Part shown: one piece after another, positions 1 through 11,837 of the stretch | How positions within the stretch are numbered: position 1 is the stretch's first letter | How the letters are laid out: every line of letters begins with the position of its first letter | Assembly (NCBI RefSeq): GCF_020745735.1 | Contig: NC_083428.1 | Span: 4,960,001 to 5,024,000, forward strand | Length of the DNA: 64,000 bases | Source of the DNA: Hemiscyllium ocellatum | Lineage: Eukaryota | Direction of reading: 5' to 3' | Program-made: the position numbers and the translations under genes | Notes under the pieces: generated by a model | Told to the model about the DNA's origin: nothing | The model's database searches: none | Seen by the model: the letters and a program-made list of their open reading frames with translations, nothing else

Positions 1-200
1 AATATGATCATGGCTGATCATCCTTAATCAGTATCCTGTTCCTGCCTTATCTCCATAACCCTTGATTCCATAATCTTGAGAGCTCTATCCAATTCTTTCA
101 TAAATGAATCCAGAGACTGGGCCTCCACTGCCCTCTGGGGCAGAGCATTCCACACAGCCACCACTCTCTTGGTGAAGAAGTTTCTCCTCATCTCTGTCCT
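1..200 (-). mobile_element. CR1 LINE 3' end fragment
   Basis: Typical CR1 3' sequence (atgatcatggctgatc...gtgaagaagtttctcctcatctc), similar to the CR1 end near 40400-40600. Confidence 0.7.
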
Positions 201-636
201 TCTCTCTGAGTGTTCTTCTCTCTGAGCTGACCTGACAGAACCTTCCCTTCAGCCACACTTTTTAACTGCATTGTATTGCGTAGGTGGAAATCCTGGTGGT
301 GCACTGACGATCAGCTGCTTCCTTTCCTCATAGGCAGTTCTTTCTTGAAGCCTGTAAAACAGTTACACTGTATACTGAAATAGCTGCCTGTCGCCTTCCT
401 TTGCTTGAATTTATGTCTGCTGTGCTTTTACTTCTAACTCTCATGTTTTGTATTACAAGCCTTAAAACCTTTAGCAATATTGCACAAATGAGCAAACTCC
501 TGTCACCAGTGCTCTCCAACCTCAAGTTCATGGTATTGGACATGTATATGTGGGTCAGCATGATCAGTATGTGATTATGCACCACTCAATTGGAAAATAA
601 ATAAATTTAAAATTTGACTAAACTATTATTTTTAGT

Positions 637-886
637 AGGCAAAAGTGAGGACTGCAGATGCTGGATATTGGAGTTTAGATCAGAGTGGTGCTGGAAAAGC
701 ACAGCAGGGTAGGCAGCATCGGAGGAGCAGGACAATCGACGTTTTGGGCAAAAGCCCTTCATCAGGAATAGAGGCAGGAAGCCTCCAGGGTGGCTATTCC
801 TGATGAAGGGATTTTCCCCGAAAAGTCGATTGTTCTGCTCCTCCGATGCTGCCTGACCTGCTGTGCGTTACCAGCACCACTCTGAT
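637..886. mobile_element. Fold-back PLE derivative, family A (tail + two inverted arms, two partly degenerate hammerhead cores)
   Basis: 19-bp TSD ctaaactattatttttagt at 618-636 and 887-905. Tail aaaagtgaggactgcagatgctgg. Cores: minus strand ctgatgaagggcttttgcccaaaacgtc (738-765) and plus strand ctgatgaagggattttccccgaaaagtc (800-827). Confidence 0.85.
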
Positions 887-1689
887 CTAAACTATTATTT
901 TTAGTTGCTTGTTGCGGATATTTGGAATTGAGAATGAAAATCTTAAGTGTACATAAACATTTTTCAATGAGTATCTCTCTCACATTACCATCCATCTCCA
1001 TTCCATTCACATTTTCATCTTTTCCTAAAGGTTTATAAAAACTTTTCTTGAATATTGACCAGATTGACTTAACATAGACTTTATCATTAAGTCAGGCGGC
1101 AATCTAATTCTAGCTAAACATATTTCTTCCGTATTTTTTTCTTATCCTTCTGTCCCTTCCACTTCTTCCAAAACGTCCCAGAGCTTGATTATTTCTCCTT
1201 TTTTTAAACGTCATCCTCTCTTTCTCAATTACCTTCATCTTTCTGAAAGTATTGCCTTGTACTAAGCTTTGTTTTAAATGATATCTCGTCCAAATGGATA
1301 TTCAGTGCCTGCAAACTCAGACTCTGAATGCTGTAATACCATTTAACCACAAGAGGAATCACAAAGCGTCTGATCATGTCCTTTCCCATTACTTGTATAG
1401 ACTTGCTTTCCAATGTGGTCATGGTATTGCATTTTAACTAGTTAAGAATGCTGATGTGATTTTAGCATCCCAACACTACTCTGTCTGAAAGCTAACAACG
1501 TGGATCTCTGATCGAATTTGATATCCTTGCTGTTGTGGTGATTATTTAGTAATTTGAGAAATCCTGCTGAACACATTGTGGAGATTTGAGATCTGTCTAT
1601 TGGTGTGTACCATGTCAGCCAGATTATATGGCATTGTGTGGAAGAATATGATCTTTGTATCCTCTGGCGACAGTTGAGGTCCCAGAGGA

Positions 1690-2042
1690 CTGGAGAATAA
1701 CCATTTTGTCCATTATTTAAGAAGGGTAACATGGATAATCCTGGAAATTACAGGCCTGCGAGCATCACGGTGGTGGGGAAATTACTGGAAAAGATTCTCA
1801 GGACCAAGATTGATACGCATTTAGAAGCAAATATATTTAGTAGCGATAAAGTTAAAAATCACGCAACACCAGGTTAAAGCCCAACAGGTTTATTTGGAAG
1901 CACTAGCTTTCGAAGCACTGTTTCTTCTTCAGGTGCATGTGTGTTTGCGTGTGTGCAAGCTTGGTAAAGTGTGCGTGATGGGATATAACCCTGTGAGAGG
2001 GGGATGTATATGAGTGCATATGAGAGAAGGCCTGCATGAGTT

Positions 2043-2077
<35 letters not shown>

Positions 2078-4045
2078 ATGTGTATAGTGCAGTGGGGTCA
2101 CCTGTTGTGTGACATGAACCCAAGGTCCCAGTTGAGGCCATCCTCATGGGTAACCAACTTGACTATGAGCCTCTGCTCGGCCACTTTGTGTTGTTGCCTG
2201 TCCTGAAGTCCATCTTGGAGGATGGTCACCCAATGATCCAAGGTCGAATGTTCCTGACTGCTGAATACACACTCACTCTGTCTCTCTCTCTCTCTCTCTC
2301 CTGCACATGCACGCACGCACGCAGTTTTATGGGGTGAATTTGTATTTGCAGAGTTATGTGTGCAGATACATTCTACTTAGCATAAAAAAATGCAGAATCT
2401 GTAGGCAGTCAATCCATGTAATACTTTGTAAATAGAATCAGTCTGACTCAAGAACGGGATACAGACAGACTCTAACCTCACACCTTTAAGGCATTGTCTG
2501 AGCTGAGATGTCACCTTTTGTTATAAAAGCTTAAATTATCTGGAAAATGTGACTTAAATGTTTTGGGATTTACATATTAAAGAACTAAAATCAGCAAACC
2601 CATTCTAAAAGATGAAAGACTTAACAATCTAGTTTTGTTCAATATATCATTTCAGCTGCATGACACTTTTTTTTACTATAAATTCTGTCTCTTATGGCCC
2701 TGCTTCACAACCGCCTGATGAAGAAGTAGCACTTCAAAAGCTAGTGCTTCCAAATAAACCTGTTGGACTATAACCTGGTGTTGTGTGATTTTTAACTTTG
2801 TCCACCTCAGTCCAACACTGGCTCCTCCAAATCAATTATTAGCGATAGACTGCATGGTTTTGTGCAGGGGAGGTCATGGCTTACTAACTTGATAAGTTTT
2901 TTTTGAGGAGCTGACAAAGATGATTGAGGGGAAAGTGGTTGAAGTTGTCTGAATGGACTTCATTAAGCCTTTGACAAGGTTCCACATGGCAGACTGGTAC
3001 AAAAGGTAAAGTCACATAGTATCGGGTGAGCTGGCAAGATGGAAACCGAACCGGCTTAGTCATAGGAGATGGAGGGTAGCGGTGGAAGAATTGGAGGATT
3101 TGACTAGTCGTGTTACACGGATCAGTGCTGGGACCTCTGTTCATGATTTATGCCCTTAAATGATTTGGAGGGAAATGTAGCTGGTCTAATTAGTAAATGA
3201 GGAGGATTACCAGAGGATACAGCTGGGTGTAGATCAGTTGGAGACATGGGCAGAAAAATGGCAAATGGAGTTTAATCTGGACAAATGTGAGGTGATGCAT
3301 TTTGGAAGGTCAAGTACAGGTGGAAATTATACAGTGAATGGCAGAACCCTTAGGAGTATTGTAATGCAGAGGGATCTAAATGCACAGATCACTGAAGGTG
3401 GCAGCGCAGGTAGATAAGGTAGTAAAAAACAAAGGCCTTTGGCATGCTAGCCTTCATTGGAAGGGGCATTGAGTATAAGGATAAACCAGTTATGCTGCAG
3501 CTTTATAGAACTTTCGTGAGGCCACACTTGGAATATAGCATACAGTTCTGGTCACCACACTAGCAAAAGGATGTGGATACTTTGGAGAGGGTACAGAAAA
3601 TGTTTACCAGGATCTTGGCTAGTATGGGGGATTTATGAAGAAATGTTGGATAGATATTTGTTTTCACTGGAATGCAGGAGATTGAGGGGCGACCTGATAG
3701 AAGTTTAGAAGATTGTGAATGGTATTGAGAGAGTGGAAAGTATGAGGCTTTTTCCCAGGGTGGAGGCTTCGATTTCTAGGGGACACAGGTTAACGGTGCA
3801 AACCAGTGGCAAGTTTTTCACACACAGGATGGTGAGTGCCAAGAACTGCCAAAGTTGGAGGTGATGGAAGCAGACACAGTAGCAGCTTTCGAGAAGCACC
3901 TGGACAAATACATGACTAGGAAAGGAATAGAGGGATATAGATCCTAAAAGTGAAGACAGTTTTAATATGGAAGGGCAAAATGTGTAGGCACAGGCTTGGA
4001 GGGCTGAAAGCCCGTTCCTGTGCTGTATTATTCTTTGTTCTTTGA
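1690..4045 (+). mobile_element. Degenerate CR1 (HER1-like) LINE ORF2 3' half, interrupted by the PLE at 1849-2835
   Basis: Remnant motifs PLFKKG..DNPGNYRP, MDF.KAFDKVPH, GSVLGPLLF, WAEKWQMEFNLDKCEVMHFG, then a CR1 3' tail. Confidence 0.85.
1849..2835. mobile_element. Penelope-like element (Neptune-type), family B: inverted pLTR arms, GIY-YIG C-terminal remnant, microsatellite-rich UTR
   Basis: TSD ttagtagcgata / ttattagcgata (1837-1848, 2836-2847). Arms aagttaaaaatcac..tcagg inverted at both ends. The minus ORF 2098-2316 contains FSSQEHS..LQDGLQDRQQHKVAEQRLIVKLVTHEDGLNWD, typical of a PLE GIY-YIG C-terminus. Degenerate hammerhead cores at about 1904-1932 (-) and 2716-2743 (+). Confidence 0.85.
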
Positions 4046-4599
4046 AGTTGACTGACTATGTAGTGGAGTACTGAGAGAATTCTGTATTGTTGGTAATATT
4101 GTCTTTCACATTTCCTGTGGCTTCAAAGCTGTGGAATTCATTTCTTTGAGGCCGCCTCCTCCTCCAATCAATGTATTTCTGAAAGCTAAGTTGGAGTTAT
4201 CTAATCACTATTTCATTCCTGTTTCCTAGCTTGTTATTTTGCTTGGGAATCAGGCCTACACTTAATTTCTTTGAGGTGTCAATGCTTTAAAAGTCACGAC
4301 TGAGAAGTAGAGAAATAGGACTGAAAAGCTTAAAATAAATGCCTGACATGTTGAGTAACCTCTTTTGCTGCAATTTCTTAGATCATCTATTTTCCAATAT
4401 TATGTTTTTTTTAAAAGTTGTTTACCAAGTATTGTTTGCTTTTCCTAAATGTGTGTACCTGAGAACAGATGGACAATTTGTCTTGCTGTTCAGTTGAAAT
4501 TTGGTGATACTTCAGCTTCCAGAATTTAGCCTGTTTTTTTTTGTGGTTTGAATCCTTGTTAACATTGGAAACAAATGTGACATTGAACTGCCTGTCACT

Positions 4600-5120
4600 A
4601 TGCTGTTGGTACAGATGAGGTGGAAAGACAAAATGGAGGCAGCAGCCATGTCAGGCCTCCTAATTGTCTGTCTTGGGTAATAACTAGTGTTGTTTTTAAA
4701 AACAAAAATTTGAATGATATTAGCAAAAATAAGATAGCCCAAAGACAGATACTGTTCAATCTCATTCTCTTGAATCCAGCAGCATTTAAGTTTAAAATTG
4801 ATTGGCTTGATGCCAATGATTTACGTGAGAGTAAGTTGTGCAGTAATGTCTTTTATTTGCTCCCCACGCAGACTTGGTTTCAATCCCAGCTAACATTATC
4901 TGCAAACCCCCACCCTTTGAAAGAAATGCTCAAAGCGGTGTAGCATTTTGTGGAGATGTGAACATCAATCAGTGCTACTCCTGTTTGGATATGGAAGAGA
5001 ATGCTGGATAGGATTGCCTAATTCAACAATTAGGCAAATCTCTCCCTCTCTCCCTCTCTCTCTCTCTCTTCTCCCCCCTCCCGCCCGGGCACTCCCTTTC
5101 CCTTTCCCTTTCCTTACAGC
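4600..5120. promoter_or_regulatory. Repeat-free candidate enhancer or alternative promoter
   Basis: YY1-like CAAAATGGAGGC (4629-4640), perfect NFI site TTGGC-N5-GCCAA (4802-4816), inverted homeodomain-type repeat TTGCCTAATT-caac-AATTAGGCAA (5014-5037), then a CT-rich tract with CCCGCCC. Confidence 0.4.
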
Positions 5121-5820
5121 AACTCCAGTTTCAAAACCCTTCTTTGTAAATGTGTTGTTTGCATTCTTGAGAGTTGGGGTACAAACGCATCCTGTAACAC
5201 AGAGGATATGTTTGTACACCAACTGTCAAAATTGTTGCCATGCTTTATTTGTAGAATACCTAACAGTTTCATTTAGAAGTTTGGACAAATACGAAAGTTC
5301 CCTAAACTGAACTATGTCACAACAGATGGGGGCCATAAAACCACTTGAGCCTGCTCCACCATATTCATCTCTAAACCAACTCCATATTCTTCCATTGTCC
5401 TTTATCCCTCAATACTTTGCTTGTTAGTCAAAAAACTACTTTGCTGTTTGCTGAAAAACATGGCACCCTTTGTGTGTAAAAATATTTGTTAGTTTCACTC
5501 CTGAAAATCTTGGCCCTAAGTTTAGATTTCACCCCCAGCCCTTGACTTTGCAACCAGCAGACATGATTCTATCATTTCAGTTCCTCTTAATATCTCTGAA
5601 ACTTATCAGATCAAGCTTCACCTTCTAAATTCCAGAGAATACAACATCGGTTCTATTTTGCAATTTCTCCTTGTTATTTAACCCTTAAGTCCAGATACCA
5701 CTCTGATGGACTTCCTCTGTGCAGCACCAATGAACCCTTCATAAAATGTGCTGTTCAGAATATCTCTTAGTATTTTAGGTATGATTTATCATAGAATTTA
5801 TATATGTTGCATAACTTCAT

Positions 5821-5945
5821 ACAGTCTGAAGAAGGGTTACTGGATTTAAAATTTTAGCTATGTTTTCTCTGCAGACCCACTGAGTTTCTCCAGCAATTTG
5901 TTTTAATTTGTTTCAGATCTTCAGCATCCACAGTTCTTTATTTAA
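5821..5945 (+). mobile_element. Old single-arm PLE pLTR remnant (family C) with degenerate hammerhead
   Basis: Starts agtCTGAAGAagggttactgg..., continues ctgagtttctccagca...cagcatccacagttc. Similar decayed copies at about 27200-27305 (-), 52100-52190 and 56915-57012. Confidence 0.55.
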
Positions 5946-6929
5946 TCGTCTTGTAGTTTGTTCTCTGAGAGAAATCTATTCAGACCTTCAATCCATGCAG
6001 CTGAGTTTTAGGAATCTTTTGATTGCTTCTCAGCACTATTACAATGTTAAAATAAGAAGATATAAGTGATAGGTGACTCTTGGTGTGCCTAAGACTTGTG
6101 CTGATTTATATCAAGGTTTTAACATGTAAAAGATCTGAAAAGTATTCATCTTGGTTCACTAGCAGCCTTTAGGCTTTGAGACTATTTGTTAAACTGATGC
6201 ATGATGTGAAATAGTGCCCGCAATGTAACCCAGCAGGAGAAGAGGAAATCAGGGAATGTGTCACCTCAGCTGCTAAATGCTCTTTATGCTACCATTTTGT
6301 CCGCACTATTCCAGAAGATACTAGCTTTTGATTTTTTAGTCCAAATTTTGATGTCTTGATGCTATGCCTAAGTGGCCATTCCTTGAGCTCAGAACTGCCT
6401 ATTAAACCTTGTTCTTAACCAATGGTAAGTAACTTTTCTAGTGATAATCACTAGAGAGTAATCAGGAACTTAATGGCTCATTTCTTTTTTTTTAATTTGC
6501 TAGCCCAGGGTTAATCCATTGTCTCAGAAGAGATTTGGAATCAATCCTAGAACTACCTAGTCTCAGTGGTTCAGACCACATCTTTCTTTCTTTCTTTCTT
6601 TGATTATTTAGTTTATTGAGCAAATTGAATTCTCTAGAGACAAGTAATAACATCCTTATTTGGCCCTTAAGCTTATTTGTCCCCATATCGATAATATGCA
6701 GCATTGTTTGATCTTCTCTACACGTGTACAAGGGGGCTTGTACTGAGGTCCTATCAGCTGGCGCTGTACAGTAACCCTAACTTGTCATTTTCAGATTTAG
6801 TAAGGAGCGTTTTCACTGTGGTTGTTCAAAGGCCAACATTCGACAGGTGGTGGGGTTTGTAATAATGAACTTGTTCCTGACAGTGTATGTCCAAATTTCT
6901 TCCAGTCTGGGTTGGGACAGTTGTTGAAA

Positions 6930-7460
6930 CACTCCTTCACAACAGATGACTTTGAATCCATCTTGGTTAAGGGTGAAGAACATGGGGAAGACTAGCCAAC
7001 AAACAACCACAAGTCTCCGTTCTAGCCTCAACACCATATGTTGTATACACAAATGACCAGCCAACAGTCACCTCTCACAAATCCTTAAGTTCTGATGCAA
7101 TCTGTTGTACCCTTCAAACTCCATCCTTTTACACCCATGCACCAGATCCTTAACAATGATGATGGATGAGTGCATCACAAATATATCTTGATCTGAATCC
7201 GTCTGATTCTATATCTAGTATGTTCCACCTCCACAATGCCAGTGCCAAAAAAAAAGCATAAATCTACATGGATGGTCAGAAACTCAAGTATGATCCCAGT
7301 CCAACATACTTGAAAGTTACTGTAATTACATTGTCATCCTTCCAGGAACATCAGAGGGAAACTGCAGCCAAAAAAATCAAACTAGTAATACACTATTAAC
7401 CGAACTTTCTGGATCTATATGGGGTGATGCTGTCACAACACTCCAAACCTCCACTTGCCC
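6930..7460 (+). mobile_element. Degenerate Vingi/Ingi-like LINE RT fragment
   Basis: Frameshifted remnants resembling SVLAPT...YTND, DAICC, SSMFHLHNASA, IYMDGQKLKYDPSPTYL.VT, and LSGSIWG..TTLQTS. Confidence 0.6.
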
Positions 7461-7780
7461 TGAAGCAACTGCCTTAGGCTGAACTTGCTGTGAGAGTCTC
7501 TCTGGAAGAAAGCAGAAACACTTTAGGGATGTCCTCAACTGTGGAAAAATAAAATGGAGGTGGTTTTACTAAGGAAAGTGCGAGACTATATCAGGAGCAT
7601 GAAACCAAGGTACTGGAGTGTGTGCATTAATCTCCAGGTGCTTCGCCTGCCTGACCCTTCAAGCACAATCTACCCCACATGTGGCAGATTCTGCATTGTG
7701 CTTATCAACCATCTCTGGACTCATGGAATCATGGACAAAGTAAGGTATGATTGACCCTGAGGCACTGGCTAAGGAAGAAA
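7460..7780 (+). mobile_element. RTE-clade LINE 3' end fragment
   Basis: Remnants KQL..AEL, QKHFRDVL, YPTCGRFC..LINHLWTH (C2H2-like terminus) and tail ctgaggcactggctaaggaagaa. Confidence 0.6.
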
Positions 7781-8249
7781 ATTGTATTTGCTTATGACTA
7801 TCATGAAAAATTCACATTTGACCGTACCATCCTAGGTTCAATGTTGCTGAATTATCTAGTGTCAGGTGGAGGAGAAATAGACCATGCTTCTGTTAATCAC
7901 AATGTTTTGTGAGTGCCTTGGGTTTTGAGAGGGCATTCACCAGTGTTTGCAGGCTTGATGTTGTGTGGTAGTTCCTGCTAATGAACCAGGATGGTGCAGA
8001 TATTGAATCAGCACGGACTTACCCTGATGTTACCATGATTAACTGTCATGCCTGCATTTAGCGTCAATGCATGGAACAACTGAGTGCCATACTGTAAGAC
8101 ATCTGATAGCTATGAGGTTCTGCTCCAGTAATAAGAAGTACCCTTGAGAGAAGATTGTAGTGGTAAAGTGAATATTTCCTATTCCCAAACAGCATGCCAC
8201 ATAATTTAATGAACAGCAGAATTGAATTTACCCAAGCTTTTGAATTACT

Positions 8250-8512
8250 GTAATTGCATTTAGATAGCACCTTTCACAACCAATGAATTTTGTTTATTGA
8301 TGTGTATTCCTGCCCTAACATAAAAAATGCAACAGCTAAATTGTTCTCAGCAAGGAACCACAAATTTGTTAATAACCAGGTAATCTCTTGTTTAAATGAT
8401 GCTGGTTGAGTCATAAATATTGACTGTACTCTTCAGATTAATGCTGAGGGATCTTTTCTAGCCACTCGAGGGCAGATGGGTCTTGATTTTGTTTAGTGGC
8501 TTGTCTGTAAAG
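8250..8512 (-). mobile_element. Ancient Deu-domain SINE (SacSINE1/AmnSINE1-like) remnant
   Basis: Reverse complement resembles the recalled Deu-SINE consensus (..gtctgccctc..gtgg..aaaagatccc..aatatttat..ctcaaccagcatc..gaaaggtgctatctaaatgcaa). Confidence 0.55.
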
Positions 8513-8958
8513 CCGATTAATTGAAAGGCCCTGGTTAGCATTTTCAATACAGACCTTTTTTATCTGTTTCAACTTGTTTCCTTTGTCTTGGTTTTGAAAT
8601 TTCAGACCAATCTAAGAGCAAGGATGCTATGTTGACGTGGAAGCCATCTTCCTATCAGGAAATTTCCTTGCAGACAATTTCCTAGATACCACCTTTAGCA
8701 TTCCTGGATTGTCCTGTCTCATTGACAGGACAGATCCAGCTGAAGTGGCGGCACTTGGGTATACAGTCGGGAGGGAATTGCTGTGGGAGACCTCAACATC
8801 GACTATGGACCCCATGTGGTCTCGTGGCTTCAGGTTAAACATGAGCAAGGAAACCTGCTGATTACCATATACCAGCCTCCCTCAGCTGATGAATCAGTAC
8901 TCCTCCTTTTTGAACAACATTTGGAAAAAGCACTGAGGCTGGCAAGGGCACAAACTGT

Positions 8959-9082
8959 GTAGAAAGTGAGGACTGCAGATGCCGGAGATCAGAGTCAAGA
9001 GTATGATGCTAGAAAAGCACAGCAGGAAAGGCAGCATCCGAGGAGCAAGAGAATCGACGTTTCGGGCATAAGCTCTTCACCA
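8959..9082 (-). mobile_element. Single-arm PLE family A insertion
   Basis: 12-bp TSD ggcacaaactgt (8947-8958, 9083-9094). Ends exactly at a mutated hammerhead core, CTGGTGAagagcttatgcccGAAAcgtc. Confidence 0.85.
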
Positions 9083-10175
9083 GGCACAAACTGTACTTTC
9101 AACGCTCATCATCAAGCATCACTGATCAAGCTGGTCAGGTCAGAAAGGACATCGCTGCTAGACTGGATCTGCAGCGGTGGTGAAGGAACCAACAAGAGGA
9201 CAAAACATACTGACCTCATCCTTACGAATCTACCAGCTGCAGATGCATCTGTCCATGACAGTGTTGGTAAGTGCGACCACCACACAGTCCTTGTGGAAAC
9301 AAAATCCTTCCTTCACATGAAGAATACCCTCCATTGCGTTGTGTGGCTCTATCACCGTGCTAAATGGAACAGATTTTGAACAGATCAAGCAACTCAAGAC
9401 TGAACATCCATGAGGTGCTTTGGACCATTAACTGCAGAATTGTACTCCACAATCTGTCACCTCGTGGCCCTACATATCCCCCACTCAACCATTACCATCA
9501 AGCCAGAGAATCAACTCTGGTTCAATGGAGAGTATAAGAGGGCATGGCAGGAGCAGCACCAGGCGCATCTGAAGATGAGGTGTCAACCCGGTGAAGCCAC
9601 CAAACAGGGCTACTTATGTGCCTTACAGCATTAGCAGTAAGTGCTAAGCAATCCCACAACCAATGTATCAAATCTAAGCTCTGCAGTCCTGCCACATCCA
9701 GCATGATTGGAGGTAGATGACCAAACAATTCATGGGAGGAGGCGGCTCCACAAATATCTCCAATCTCAATGATGGAATAGCCGAGCACATCAGTATAAAA
9801 GTAAAGGCTGAAGCTTTCACAGCAATCTTGAACCAGGAGTGCCAAGTGAATGATCCATCTCAGTCTCCTTCAGTTGTCCCCAACATTACAGATACCAGTC
9901 TTCAGCCAATTTGATTTACTCCATGTGATATCTAGAAACAGTTCGAGGCTCTGGATATTGCAAAGGCTCCAGGTCCTGACAATATTCCAGCAATAGTACT
10001 AGAGACTTGTGCTCCAGAACTTGCCGCTCCCCAAGCCAAGTTGTTCCAGTACAGTTGTAGCACTGGCATCCACCTGACATTGTGGGAAATTGCCCAGATA
10101 TCTTCTGTACACAGAAAGCAGGACAAATCCAACCCAGCCAATTACCGTCCCATCAGCCTACTCTCAATCATCAGT

Positions 10176-10734
10176 AGAGTTATAGAGATGTACATAATGG
10201 AAACAGACCCTTCGGTCCAACCAGATATCCCAACCCAATCTAGTCCCACTTGCCAGCACCCAGCCCATATCCCTCCAAACCCTTCCTATTCCTATACCCA
10301 TCCAAATGCCTCTTAAATGTTGCAATTGTACCAGCCTCCACCACATCCTCTGGCAGCTCATTCCAAACCCGTACCACCCTCTGCGTGAAAAAGTTGCCCC
10401 TTACGTCTCTTTTATATCTTTCCCCTCTCACTCTAAACCTATGCCCTCTGGTTCTGGGCTCCCCGATCCCAGGGAAAAGACTTTGTCTATTTATCCTATC
10501 CATGCCCCTCATAATTTTTGTAAACCTCTATAAGGTCACCCCTCAGCCTCCGACACTCGAGGGAAAACAGCCCCAGCCTGTTCAGCCTCTCCCTGTAGCT
10601 CAGATCCTCCAACTCTGACAACATCCTTGTAAATCTTTTCTGAATGCTTTCAAGTTTCACAACATCTTTCCAATAGGAAGGAGACCAGAATTGCACGCAG
10701 TGTTCCAACAGTGGCCTCACCAATGTCCTATACA
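10176..10734 (-). mobile_element. Young CR1 (HER1-like) 3' fragment
   Basis: YRTLVRPLLEHCVQFWSP...ERLNRLGLFSLE.RRLRGDLIEVYK...RTRGHRFRVRGERYKRD; closely similar to 61308-61854. Confidence 0.9.
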
Positions 10735-11449
10735 TTGAAGGTATTATCAACAATGCTATCAAGCAACATCTGCTCGTTGACGCCCAGATTGGGTTCCTCC
10801 AGGGCCACTCGGCTCCTGACCTCATTAGCCTTGGTTCAACATGGACAAAAGAGCTGAATCCCAAAGATGAGGTGAGAATGAAAGCCTTTGACATCAAAGC
10901 TGCCAAAACTGAAATCAATGGGTATCGGGGGCAAACTCTCTGGTGGTTTGAGTCATACCTGATACATGGAAAGATGGTCATAGTTGTTTGTCAGTCATCC
11001 CAGTTCTAGGACATCTGTGCAGGAGTTCCTCAGGGTAGTATCCTAGGCCCAAACATCTTCAACTGCTTCATTAATGACCTTCCCTCCATCATAAGGTCAG
11101 AAGTGAGGAGGTTCGCCGATGATTGCCCAATGTTCAGCACCATTTGTGAAGACTCGGGTACTGAAGCATTCTGTGTCCAAATGCAACAAGATCTAGACAA
11201 TATCCAGGCTTGGGCTGAAAAGTAGCAAGTAACCATTAGTGCCACACAAATGCTAGTCTTATGGCCATTGCCAGTGAGACAGTATAATACTGGCCCTTGA
11301 CATTCAACGGCGTTACCATCACTGAATCCCCCAATATCAATATCCTGGGAGTTATCATTGATCAGAAACTGGACTCCCCATGTAAATGCAGTGGCTAGAA
11401 CTGCAGGTGACAGGGTAGGAATACAACAGCAATAACTCACCTCCTGACT

Positions 11450-11837
11450 AGATGTAAGTTTGCTCACTGAACTGGAAGATTCGTTTTCGTATGTTTTGTC
11501 ACCATACTAGGTCACATCAGTGAGCTTTCGGTGAAGTATGGGTGTTATGACCCACTTTCTATTTGTTTTGGTTTCCTTGGCTTGGTGATGTCATTTCCTG
11601 TTCTTTTTCCTCAGAGGGTGGTAAATGGGGCCCACGTCAATGTGTTTGTTGATAGAGTTCCGGTAGGAATGCCATGCTTCTAGGAATTCTCGTGCATGTC
11701 TCTGTTTGGCTTGTTCTAGGATGGATGTGTTGTTCCTAGGATGGTAACGAAATGTCTGAAAATGAACCTTTCAGCTCCATGATAAAAATTATATCCAGAG
11801 CCTCGGTTTGAGCTACAAATCTTATCAGAACGCGCTA
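11450..11837. mobile_element. PLE (Poseidon-type) fragment with inverted arm and tail
   Basis: TSD tcacctcctgact / tcaccacttgact (11437-11449, 11838-11850). Minus strand encodes NTSILEQAKQRHAREFLEAWHSYRNSINKHID (GIY-YIG C-terminus). Tail gagctacaaatctt is shared with 18743-18780. Confidence 0.8.

Noticed and set aside
6340-6430. Possible exon ending at the strong donor ATG|GTAAGT (6425); similar donor at about 39185
   Set aside because: No well-supported acceptor or recognisable coding similarity; isolated donors are expected by chance.
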